52,564 nucleotides of DNA from Craspedostauros australis (Eukaryota): assembly GCA_030167865.1 (NCBI GenBank), contig JALAGF010002570.1, forward strand, positions 1 to 52,564. The letters are read 5' to 3'. The notes under the pieces are model-generated. The model saw only the letters and a program-made list of their open reading frames with translations, did no database searches and was not told the DNA's origin. How positions within the stretch are numbered: the first letter of the stretch is position 1; every line of letters starts with the position of its first letter. This document shows positions 34,771 through 46,152 of the stretch, one piece after another. The position numbers and the translations under genes were made by a program.

Positions 34771-34812
34771 CGAAGCAACACAAGGCAACACAAGGCAACA
34801 CAAGGCAACACA
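34771..34812 (+). repeat. 10-bp tandem repeat (CAAGGCAACA)x3 upstream of the LSMT gene
   Basis: Exact copies at 34781, 34791 and 34801, with a degenerate copy at 34771. Confidence 0.85.
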
Positions 34813-34924
34813 AATCAATGCAAGGCGAAGACATCTGAACGGTCTTCGATTTTGGCCTTGCTCATCCCATGCAATTCAACACAGCTGGAACAACGATCAA
34901 AGCAATAGGCACAATCTCTTCAAG

Positions 34925-36610
34925 ATGATGCTCGACACGGCAATGCGCGTGCTGATCGTGGCCAGTTTGGTGTCCGGATTCGTGGATTCCTTCCAGATCG
35001 GACCGCATGCAACTCCGACAACGACCGCTGCTGCCAACGCAAAGGCATCGGCGACGACAGCATCCACGACAGCACCCACGACAGCGTCGACGGCAGCGGC
35101 CAACGCGCAGTACAGACCCCGCATCTATGCCAGACAGCTGTCCGCATCCAGCATCGATTCCGACCCAAACGCGTTGGAAAGCATCGGTGGTCTGCTCAAC
35201 GAATCCTTCCAGAACTGCAAATCCGAAATCACCAAGACCTGCAAGGTCGCCATCGGCCCATCTCCCACCACGGGACGGCTGGGATTGGTCGCGACGGGCG
35301 CCATCAAGAAGGGCGAGACCTTCCTGTCCATGCCGTACGATGAGCGCATCGAGCTGTCCGCCAAGGTGGCGCGCACCGTCGTCTTTGCCGATGTGCTGGC
35401 GGAGGATTACGAGGGTTGGACGGGGGATACCGGATTGATCGCGCTCCAGATTCTCAGCGAGGTGGCGAAATCCGGCCCTGAGCGACCGGCGGCGCTGCAG
35501 GCCATGATGGATCGGTGGGTGGAGTCCCTGCCGTCGCCCGGGGAAATGAAGGCCACGCATCCTCTGCTGTGGTCGGAGGATGACCAGGAAATCCTGCAGG
35601 CCTCGTCGACCAACAAGATCTACCAGGCCTTGGATGATGTGGAGGAGGACGCGAATTGGTTGATCGAGAACGTGTTCGCGAACGATCGTGCCAAATTCCC
35701 TGAAACGGTGGAGTGGAACGGCTTCACCATCCCGTGCTTCTCCCTCGAAGGCTACATCTGGGCCATGGCGCTGGCCAAGTCCAGGTCGGTCTTCGTCGGC
35801 GGCACCCTGCGCCTGCTGCCCATCATGGACTTTTGCAATCACGAGGATGACGGCGAGGAGGTGTCTGCCGGCTTCATGGGGACCTTCGGCACCATCAAGG
35901 GCGCCCAGCTCGTGGCGCAGCGCAAGTACGCCGAAGGCGAGGAGGTCTTTTGCTCCTACGGACCCAAGAGTGCGGCCGACTACCTGATGGAGCACGGCTT
36001 CTGCCCACCACAGTGCCTCAAGACGGCGGTGTCGGAACTGAGCTTCGAGATCGACTCCGAAGATCGCTTCTACGATGACAAGCTGGACATTCTGGAATTC
36101 GAAACGTACGACCAGGCTCCCATGGATCCCGTGCAGAAGTTCGACATCGTCAGCGCGCCAGGTCAGGACGGCGAGCCGGATCCCGCCATGATGCAGTTCG
36201 TGCGTCTGGCCAAGCTGGGCGCCGTCGACGCGTTCCTCCTCGAGAGCATCTTCCGCAAGGAGGTGTGGGGATTCATGTCGATGCCGGTCAGCGAGCGCAA
36301 CGAGCTCGATGTCGTCACGGCCATCAGCGAGGCCTGCGAAAAGGCGCTCGATTCCATGTCGGATTGCAAGGAGGGCGGCCCCGCAATCTGCACGCAGCTG
36401 CGCGAATCGGAGACCAAGGCGCTGACGAGGACGCTCGAATTCCTTCAGCGTGAGAAGGAAGCGTTGGATCTCAAGGAGTACTACCAGGAACGGAGGCTCA
36501 AGGACCTCGGTTTGGATTCGGAATGGTCTCCGGAGGATGACATCATGGGCGGAGACGATCTCAGCTTCGGCCAAACGAGGACGCCAGGCGGCGCCGACTA
36601 CGATTGGTAG
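34925..36610 (+). CDS. RBCMT: Rubisco-LSMT / aldolase lysine N-methyltransferase-like SET-domain protein, plastid-targeted
   Basis: ATG 34925 with signal peptide ending VDS-F. GLVAT, LLPIMDFCNH, FCSYG...YLMEHGF, DRFYDDKLDILE, DAFLLESIFRKEVWG, EYYQERRLKDLGL. Confidence 0.9.
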   Translation: MMLDTAMRVLIVASLVSGFVDSFQIGPHATPTTTAAANAKASATTASTTAPTTASTAAANAQYRPRIYARQLSASSIDSDPNALESIGGLLNESFQNCKSEITKTCKVAIGPSPTTGRLGLVATGAIKKGETFLSMPYDERIELSAKVARTVVFADVLAEDYEGWTGDTGLIALQILSEVAKSGPERPAALQAMMDRWVESLPSPGEMKATHPLLWSEDDQEILQASSTNKIYQALDDVEEDANWLIENVFANDRAKFPETVEWNGFTIPCFSLEGYIWAMALAKSRSVFVGGTLRLLPIMDFCNHEDDGEEVSAGFMGTFGTIKGAQLVAQRKYAEGEEVFCSYGPKSAADYLMEHGFCPPQCLKTAVSELSFEIDSEDRFYDDKLDILEFETYDQAPMDPVQKFDIVSAPGQDGEPDPAMMQFVRLAKLGAVDAFLLESIFRKEVWGFMSMPVSERNELDVVTAISEACEKALDSMSDCKEGGPAICTQLRESETKALTRTLEFLQREKEALDLKEYYQERRLKDLGLDSEWSPEDDIMGGDDLSFGQTRTPGGADYDW

Positions 36611-37654
36611 GAAGACCATCGTAGAGCGGAGCAGAGTACGTGCATAGGTCGGAAAATACTATTTGAGGATGGCATTATATTATATTCTAGAATATTATAT
36701 ATCCAAGTATTATATCATATTATACCTGGCGACATAGAGCATAGCATGGGACAGGATTATGAAGTGCACATACGACTACGAGTACACACATGGTAGACTG
36801 CTCCGCTCTAAATGTATTGTGAGAAGGCTGATGTTGGCAACAACTCTGACGATCATGACCTCTTTTTCTTGGTGCAAAACTGATCGATCCAGAGGATCTA
36901 TACTAGATAAGTAGACTTCGTGGCGGAACACAAAACACGACCAAAATCCCCTCCCTTTTTCTGATGACCGCACAGACCAAACTCCATCCACCAACCACAT
37001 CCCACCAATCAGAACGCAGCGTGTTCACGCGATCTTTTTTCGATCGTGATTTGGGAATGTGGCGATGCAACGACGAACGACGAAAACGAGTTCGATTTGG
37101 ACAGAATTGTGCGGCAACACACCAAGAAGAGGATCGCAGGATGAGGAGGACATGGGTGAACTGGAGGAAGCGCCTGTTGGAGGAAGGAAACACGAAAGGA
37201 AAAGATGGCAGACGTCAGGGGATGATGCGAACGAGAAGGCACGGCGAAGATCACAATTCATCGAACTGGGCAAGGAGAGTGATCCATCCATCAATCCCAT
37301 CCATCCAAGCGGCGAACTTGCAGATAGAAGATTGACGCACCTGCTCCAACAGATTGCTTCCATCTCACATAATAGATCGTATAATACCATACATACTAGT
37401 ATAATACGAGCGTAATCGATCGGAACATTGGCTGATCAATCGAGTGCCGCCGCTCCCCCAACATCATCGTTTACCAGGGGAACGTCCCTTCGCAGAAGGC
37501 TTGTTTGGCATTGCACCAAAGCCTCTTGAACTTTTCGTTGGTATAATACCATCAGTGGCAGTGGCAGTGGCAGTGGCAGGAATAAGAACCAGTGGAATCC
37601 TCATCATCGTCGCCAACATCACGAAAAGAAGGAAAGAATCAAAGCAGTTCCACC

Positions 37655-39296
37655 ATGAAGAGGACGCTTGAAATCGCTCCAGCACCCGCGACAAGCGCAA
37701 GTGCCGCAGCGGCTGTTCCAGCCTCAATGCCGCTGCCAGCTGCAACAGCAGGCGCGCCCACCAGTACTACTCAATCTCTAATGTCGCTCTCGGTACCCAC
37801 TCTGGCAACGGCGGAATCAGCGGCGGCAATGGCACTGCAAACAACAGCACATCAGTCGCTGGCAATGTCGTTGCATTCGTTGATGCCGTCACAACGGCTG
37901 GGTGCAGAGATGGCGCAATTTCCGAGCCTAGGTCACATCATTCACAACTACGACGCCAGGGGCGGCGTTGTCGCCACAACGGAAGATACGCCTGCCCCAA
38001 ATGACGCCGAAGTTGCGCACCCGAATCACAAGAACGATGCTGCAACCACCAAGCCGGACGGGATCATCGAACCGCAGCTCAACGATGTGATCTGCGGTCG
38101 CGGCAAGATGACCTTGTCTCATCCTGGGAACTGTTACTTTCGGGACCTCATACTGTCCATGCGACATGAGTACCAGCAGTCCATTCGGAGAGATTTCAAG
38201 ACCCAGGTCACAAACGATTTGGTGCACATGATTCGGGAGCGTGGTGGGAGGTACGTTGCTCTGTGTTCCATGGTTAGGAGTCGTACATCAATGTGCATTG
38301 GTTGATGCATGTGTGCATGCGGTGCCAATACGTTCACCAATTGCACTCCTCTCTAGTACGAGCAGGTGCGTCAAGCTACTTGCCATGCTCATGCTAACAT
38401 GCCCCCATCCATCGTGCATACGCACCCTCTTCACGGAAGACCACTTGCGCTCAACGCAATACCAACTGCTCGACTTCAGATTTTTGCTTTATGACTCGAA
38501 GACGGGGCTCTGGTTTGACGGTACGTGACACGATTGTGTGCAACAGTATGTATCGACCTGTTGGTACTCGTATTGGTACATATTCGTATATGTAGATGTC
38601 CCCGAACCGGCCGCCGCTGCTGTTGCTCTTTTGAGCGGCCCGCTATCGTTGGCCACGATGGATCATTGTCCCGTCCTCATGCTTACAGTCTGACGTGTTG
38701 GTCAGGTACGGTCGAACGTGATTATGCCTAAATCCCATCATGTCGTTCCATGGTACCACACTCGGACACAAACACAATGCTCCAGCGTCGCATCACCGGC
38801 ATCGTCACGCTTGAGGACCAATGCTGAACAGACGTAGACGCAACACAGGCAGCCCTCTCAAACCCTCCTCTGCATTCTTCCTTCCCTCCTTATTTTCTCT
38901 CTTGTTGGCGCGCTTGCTCTGCTTTCTTCCTATCCCGTTGCTTACCTTTTTCCTGTACCACGCGACGCAGTCGGCGACGAATACGCGAGAGAAAAGGTCA
39001 GCCATTCTCTGCGCAGCCGCTCGACCTTCGAGACTTCGCCGCCCACGGTGCCGACGAACATTGGCAAGACCGCGGTAGAACAGCAGGAGGAGCTGATGTC
39101 CCACATCCGCAAGCGCCGCAGGACGTACACCCGCACCTACCAATCCGTCGTCCAATCCAACAAACTCAACGGCATTGCCAGCACCATCATCCAGGATCAA
39201 CAAAAGATCCTGAAAGACCTCATCCAGCAATCGACCAAACACAACAACATCAAAGCCAAGGTCGTGGCCAAGCCGGAGGTTCCGACACAGTCGTGA
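37655..39296 (+). CDS. DUF6824-type putative DNA-binding protein, three exons, 320 aa
   Basis: Exons 37655-38250, 38480-38520 (41-nt micro-exon) and 38971-39296 splice to DVICGRG..HPGNCYFR...GGRFLLYDSKTGLWFDVGDEYAREKVSHSLRS. Confidence 0.85.
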
Positions 39297-40228
39297 GCGG
39301 AGATGGGGGTGGGTTGATGTACCATAGCTCGTACATGTAGAGTAGAGTAGAATGCTCACATGCCATGATGCCACGCCATACGGATTGCGCAGGGGATCTC
39401 GTGGCATGTGCCATGAGGGTAAAGTACGACTATGGTGAGCACAACAATGCCATAGGTACATCAGTAGAACCTGACTGGAGCAGAGCGGAAAAGGTAGAGC
39501 CCTCTGCTCTACTACATGATACGGATTATGCTACCATTTGCACTCGACACGAAAACGCTTTTCCTTGGGATCTCCATCCGTCCTTCCCGAGCAGGTACAC
39601 GGAAATGGGAGAGGACATTCTGATACGGAACGAGGTGGAGGAGAATATATGTTAGCCCAGCGCTACCCCGAAGGCTGTACCGCACTTCAGCGTTTGGCTT
39701 CCCGTCCTCGCACGGTACATGATGACCCTTTCGGCAACTGGCCGAATGAGAGCTCCACCACCAACATGATGATACCAAAATGACGTACCTAGAGCGTGTG
39801 GCAGAATAGCTGTTCTTTGACACACATGACGTTCGTGCCACTCCGAAGTGAACAAACCCTTCGCCTTGCGGAGCACGCGGAGTGCCACGGCAGGATGTCA
39901 AGGTTGATACACGTACGAGTGGTGCGCAGAGGAAGGAAATGCGGACGAAGACACAGGCATCCTTCATCGGCACCTTGAGGAGGAGCATGCTTTTTCGTGT
40001 TGTGGGAGTCTCGCTTTTTACCACCATATATATCATGTGTGTGGAGCACTCTTTTAGTGGGGCGGTTGTATTATGATCTTATTTGTCTATTGGGATGAAT
40101 GGATTTATTCTTCTTTGCGTATGACACGAGTGTGGCAGGAATAGTATGTATGTAACATGCGATTGCATCGCGGTTATGAAGACGGCGGTGGGTGGGGAAC
40201 TGGATTGGTGCTTGCGGCTGTGGCAATT

Positions 40229-41494
40229 CTACATGGATGCCATGGATAATGAAGACGAGGATCCGTTCATGCTGTCAACGTCATCATTCAATGCCCCGAG
40301 GCTGCGGCTGCTGCTCCCCATGACGTAGTCCATGCCGGACGTCTTGCCGAGCGCCTCGTTGTGCAGCAGGGTCTGGAAGATGCGTTGCTGATCGAGAAGA
40401 GCCTTTTCGAAGATGGCGTTTTCCTTTGCGGATGGGACATGCTTGGGAACGACGCGCTTCTTCTTGATCTTGGGACGGTTGGGGTCCTTGCAGCTGCGCA
40501 AGGCATGGCTGACCTTCTCTCTGGCGTAAGCGTCGCCGACATCCTCGAAGGTGGTGGTCTCCTCGTTCTTCTTGAGGAAGCGGCCGCCGCGCTTGCGGAT
40601 CATCTGCACGATCTCCAAGGTGATGGTGGTCTTGCGTTCGCGGCACGGTGCGGTTTGGTAGGCCTCGCGGAAGGAAGTGATGACCTGACGGAACCTCTTG
40701 TTGCCAATGTGCGCGTGCGATGCCTTGTCGCGACCGCAGAGGACATCATCGGGGTTGACGCCTTCCGGGATCTCGATATCGGCGACGCTGGCTTCGGAGG
40801 ATCGTCGTTTCTGGGGCTTGCTGGCAACGTTCGATAGTCTCTTCGTCTGTGACTTTTGTTCTTTGCTCGCGGGTTTCTGTTGTTGCTCCTGTTGTTGCTC
40901 CTGTTGTTGCTCCTGTTGTTGCTGTTGTTGCTGATTTGTGAACAACTGCTGACCGAGAGACTTTTGCTCATCAGGGACTTGGGCAGGCATCTTGAGATCC
41001 AGCGACTGCGCCTGCTTGGTGGCCAACGAAGCCTTGGAGGACTGCATTCCGTGGAGTTGTTGGAAGTGGCGCTGTTCCATTGCGTTGGCAATGGCAGATC
41101 CTGGGACCTGGTGCGTGAACCAGGACTCCAGGCGTTCGCAGAGGTTGTCTGAGAAGAGTGGGGCGTTGCTGTTGCTGTTGATGCTGTTGATGTTGTTGCT
41201 GATGCCTGTGTTCTCCAGAGCGAATTGGTTGCTGCTGACGTTGCTGATGTTGTTGCTGATGCTGTTGCTGATGTTGTTACCACCAAAGCCAAAGCCAGCT
41301 CCGGCTCCGAAGGCACCCGTACTAATACTAGCACCAACACCAGTATTCGCAGAGTTGGAGCTGCCGGCGAAGCCGTCGTCGAAGAATGTGCGGGGTTGCT
41401 GGAAGGCGTTGTGCAGCTGGCTGATGTGTTCCTCGCTGCTGTTATAATGGCTGTGGGTGCTGTGGTTGCTGTTGCACGCGAGAATGTCAATCAT
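40229..41494 (-). CDS. DUF6824-type putative DNA-binding protein with N/Q-rich N-terminus, intronless
   Basis: DVLCGRD..HIGNKRFR...GGRFLK...DVGDAYAREKVSHALRS. Poly-Q/(EQQQ)n and Asn/Ser-rich low-complexity region. Confidence 0.88.
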   Translation of the reverse strand: MIDILACNSNHSTHSHYNSSEEHISQLHNAFQQPRTFFDDGFAGSSNSANTGVGASISTGAFGAGAGFGFGGNNISNSISNNISNVSSNQFALENTGISNNINSINSNSNAPLFSDNLCERLESWFTHQVPGSAIANAMEQRHFQQLHGMQSSKASLATKQAQSLDLKMPAQVPDEQKSLGQQLFTNQQQQQQQEQQQEQQQEQQQKPASKEQKSQTKRLSNVASKPQKRRSSEASVADIEIPEGVNPDDVLCGRDKASHAHIGNKRFRQVITSFREAYQTAPCRERKTTITLEIVQMIRKRGGRFLKKNEETTTFEDVGDAYAREKVSHALRSCKDPNRPKIKKKRVVPKHVPSAKENAIFEKALLDQQRIFQTLLHNEALGKTSGMDYVMGSSSRSLGALNDDVDSMNGSSSSLSMASM

Positions 41495-44400
41495 TGTGGA
41501 CTTGTTTGTGTTGTCTGTGTCGGTTTGGGGTTGTTGGGGTTGAGGCTGATGTTGAGGTTGGGACTGAGATCAGTGCGTTTTGTGTCGACGTCTGTGCGAA
41601 TGTCTCTGTGCTGATGTCTGCGTGGATGTTTGTGCGCGTCCACGTACTTGTGTTGGACTGCTGCTGTTGTTTGTGTTTGTGTTTGTGCTTCTGTTGTGAC
41701 TTTGGGGAAGTATCGTCGAAATCGTGCGATTCTTCCTTTGTTTTGGAGCCGCTATGACTGTTGTCTTTGTTTTGTCGTGGTTGGTAGGGTGCTGCTGTGA
41801 GTCGTTGTTGTTGTTGTGAAAAGTGCATGCAGATGAGATTTTATGAGATGGAGCCTCGGAGATTGGAGATCATCATGTCCATCATCACCGACATCATCAA
41901 CACCATCGACACTAACATCATCTCCACGGGAAGACACTAGAAAAGTAGGCAATGATACGCGTGGACATCGACAGCACAACATCCATGGCATCAAACCTTC
42001 ACAACATCGTGGCATCCCAGCGAAACCCAACACGAAGGGAGCACTGGTATTGGTGTTGTGCCTTGTGTGGGAGGATGTTTGCATGAGCCTGATTCGCACT
42101 ATCCCAACCACGAGGATTCACACAAAGGGCTCAATCCCACGGCTTTTGATCTTGGGCAAGACTCTCTTTCACGGGTGCAAACAGCCTCTAAACACCGTTC
42201 CACAGGTTCGGCTTCTTTTCTACTTAACGACCAGAACCACTCGGATTGGTCACAACATGAATACCAGCATAATAAACTGTGAATGCGACTGAAATCAACC
42301 GCGGTCATTGATGTAGCGTGGCGGCAACCCCCAAAACTGCCCAGGACGCCCACAAAATGACATTGTTGTGACGGACACTGTGCATCACCATACAAGCCTC
42401 TCTTTTTCCTTGACATGGACATCAACAGCGTCAACATCAACTCTGGTATCCGTATTCGTGCGAACTATTAGCAGTGAGCGCACCATCTGCACAGGGAGTG
42501 GGGTGCTCCGCTCTTCTACATGCATTCGTTCGATACGAACGTGGAAAAATCCTCTGTACCTCTCCTCATTCTACCTGGTGCAAAAGGACGCATTCTGGAG
42601 GCGTTCGTTCAACATTGTTCATCTCTTCTTCGCCGACGGAAGGCAACAGTTCCATCGATAACGCCGTGTGCTGGCGGGAGCGAGCCCCGAAGCGGCGACC
42701 CTCATGTCACGAAACGACATGTGAGGGCAGGCCAAACAGGCCCCACCATGTGTGGTGTTGCAGAGAAGATCGGAGCGCGGGTGCAGGTTGCAGGGCTGCA
42801 AGTGGAACCTCCCCAAATCCTCCCCTCTCGTCTTCAGTTCGTGCTCCTCTTCTCCCTCGCTGCCTCTTTGTCTCTTTCTCTCTTCGCCTCCCAATCCTTC
42901 TTTTGCGACGACATGACCGTGGCAACTTGGAAGCGATGGGAGCGTCTTGATGGCACACAACCTATTTTACATTCTACCTATCACACCAGAATCCACCTAC
43001 GACCTACTCGTGCCCATACGTGTTGATACGTGCGATAGTGTCTGCATTTCCACAACTTCACAACTACTCTATTGCTTCCAAGGACCTGAGCCTGTTGCTT
43101 CCAACTCCACGCCTCCAACCACCTCCACAACAGCACACCCCTGACAAGGCATATGAATGTAGGCGTGGCTCATGACCGCAAAGACTTGCAGTCAAACATT
43201 GGGGCGGCGATGTGAGCAATAACATGGACCATATCTTGTTCCACGGTCACTTTCGGAGTCGAGTGTGCAATAGATAATACAGCTGGCAACGTCATGTGTG
43301 TACAGCCTTGTGTGGGGGCGATGCATATGTCATTCTTTTGGTTTAACCTCCGCCACCAGCCACATCAACTCCACAAACACAACTTCAAAGTGATTTATCC
43401 GACAAGAAAAGCGGTTCCACCAGCATCTGGCACCAACAACAGCAACGCAATCGGCAACAACTCAGGGACCGAAACAGAATTCTCTTTGTCTGTGACTCCG
43501 TCTAATTCGTCTCATCCCAACTTCTGTCAGCGGCGACGTGTGACATCAACATCGAGAACCAATCTCGCATGCATTCCCCTCACAAATTCTACCCGAACAG
43601 AGCTCGTGTGTGCTGTTCCTCCAAGAGATGTCACTGGCGTTGCCGTGAACGTTTGGTTCTGCGACCTGTCTGCCAACCTCCTTCTCTCCTTTCCTCTCTC
43701 GATGTTACTCCTACCTGTCCCTTCCACAGCGCATCAGCGTACATCGGTCTCACGAGCGGTATCATTCCAGCGCACGCACGTGATTGCGGTTCGTTGTGTT
43801 CTTCAATACGTTCACGAAACGCTCCACCGCCCAGGTGGATCTGTATCGCTCTGCTCGGCCTGCAGTCGAATCCGTGCGAGGTACTGGAGCACGAGGATAC
43901 AACCTCCAGGCGTGTACTCTGCACCGTGCTCACACATCGCTTCCTTCTCTCTCCGTCTCTCTCACCTGGATCGCACATCACAGGAAACTTGTCGGACCAA
44001 CGCGCAACGAGGAAACAAACTTCAATGAAATGCTGCGTGAAGATCTTCGTAGTCCGTTGGCGAAGATGCACCGAATTGGTGAAGGCGAGACGGGCCATCA
44101 AGACTCAACCACGCCTTGGCAAAGGAACCGTGCGTGCACTGTCTGTCTTGCTGACGAGGTATCCAAAGGGATCACCTTCAATCTCTTCCTCTTCCTTACT
44201 TCGCCATCTTCAAGGATCTCTTTATCACCATTGTGCGCATGGGTGTGGTACGTCTGGTACAGACACGAAGAGAACTGCAATGCAAGGTTCTTCTTCCTCC
44301 GCACACGCACATGGTCCATCGCTCCCCTCGTGTGCCATCCTGTTCGCTGCACCAATCACCTCCGATTTTACATTGGTACCGGCCGAGCCTTGAAGCGCAC

Positions 44401-46152
44401 AACGTCTCGGCCAAGTTGCATGAGACCAAGGAGCCACCAAGATTGGGAGGGGGCATGTATGCGAGCAACCAGCGAAGGGGACCAGCTACCAAGCAAGACA
44501 CACAAATAGAACGAGCCATCCCGTCCAAGACACGACAGTTCTCCGTCGCCCTCCTCAGTTGCATCTCTGGATACATCATGACCATCCGCGACAACGCCAA
44601 GTTCAACTCCCGCATCATTGTACGGCGGTTCCTCTTTTCCTTCTCTCCGTACTGCTACCTCTGGAGCGACCAACCAACCGATGTGCGCATGCCTGCGTCT
44701 CGCAAATGAGAGAGACTGGACGCATTCGTGCGAAAGATGCCGTCCATGTGCAGATTGCCTTCGTATCGTATCGTATGGTAGTAGCAGGCACCTGCCAACG
44801 AAAGCAGGTACGAACGAGCTGAACATGCATGGAAAGTAATGCGATATGTCTCTGCGCACACCTCTGCTCTGCTGACACGCCTGGAAGGATTGGAGCAGAG
44901 TGAACAGAACGCGTATACTCCTAGATCGGGCGTGGAATGGGACACTTTGATCCACAGAATCATGTATGGTACCTCTGTTGGGGGACGGAACGCAACGGAG
45001 TAGAGCATGTTTGGTACTCATGCTCGCACCGTGTTCCATAGGTGGCGTCCCGCTCAGCTCCGTCTTATCCTACTCCACAGGACAGTCCGTACCAAGCACA
45101 GTCTTGCTCGCATGAGACTGAGATCGCGAGGCGGCAATGTCGGCAAATCAATGGCTCAGTAGGTCGGCCGTCGGCACCCGCTCTCCAGTGATGCGAGGAT
45201 TCGTGGTGCCTGAATGTCGCAGATTCGGATCGAACTCATGCAATGTCTCTGGTGGGGCTGTGGATGCGGATTCATCGGTACCTATTATACTATCGTTGCT
45301 GTCAGACTTTGGCCAGCAACACTGCCCTCCCAAGAGACAGAAACGTACGAGGACGATATGGCGTCGCTGGGACTCAATGCGGCACTCTGCCCGCCCGCCC
45401 CCCGCCACATTGGTTCTGTTGTGACAGATTGATCGTGCCTGCTGTGCCTTGAGCCGTTGTCCTTCTCCAGCCGCTGTTCTTGTCTTTCTCAACAATGCAT
45501 GGTCAATCCGCAGACTTTGCAGGCACAGCAGTGCCTCTCTTGGAGCTTGGTACTCCATCTTGTTGTCGCCTCGAAAGCATCCATCCGCTGCAGCGCCGCG
45601 TCCTTTCCAGTGACGGCCTCGCCACATCCTCACAGGTATCGACGCCTGCAATCTTACCTGTGTTTGTTTCGGGTTGTCCTCTGCCTGATGCCGGATGGAT
45701 CTGCTTTGTGAGCGTTTCTCGTGACTGTGTTTGTGCGAACAGCAGGATACCACCAAACTCGAAACACGAACGTGAACCAGACAAGATCCAATCGTGGATG
45801 GTGAGAGGTCGACCATGGAGATTGCGCACATCCACTTGTTCGGGTCCAAATCAGCAACGGCGTGCTGTATGCACGTACGATCCACTCCAAGGAGAGACAG
45901 CAGAGTTCGCGAACGTGTGCCGCCACCCCACCCAGCAAAACATCGTATCATAGGTACGAGTACGAATCGAATTGCTCTGCTCTTCTCTGCTCTGCGATAG
46001 CTACGCCAGCATTGTCTCAATCGCTGCCATCCCAGCCATCGCATCGGACAGGGACACCACGCCTTTTACAGAAGCAGCGCCCTACGGACACTGGTGCCGA
46101 TCGAGCTGTATTTGTGCAGTGCGAGTACAACATCAATCGTCAATCACCAATC

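Noticed and set aside
34862-36619. 585-aa ORF antisense to the LSMT gene, and similar shadows at 32950-34053 and 28260-29255
   Set aside because: These mirror GC3-rich coding strands and have no motifs of their own.
37059-37415. 118-aa ORF with faint DUF6824-like words (ELCG, GGR, W...GDDANEK)
   Set aside because: Spacing is incompatible with the domain, the HxGN/FR core is absent, and the start is non-ATG. Likely coincidence.
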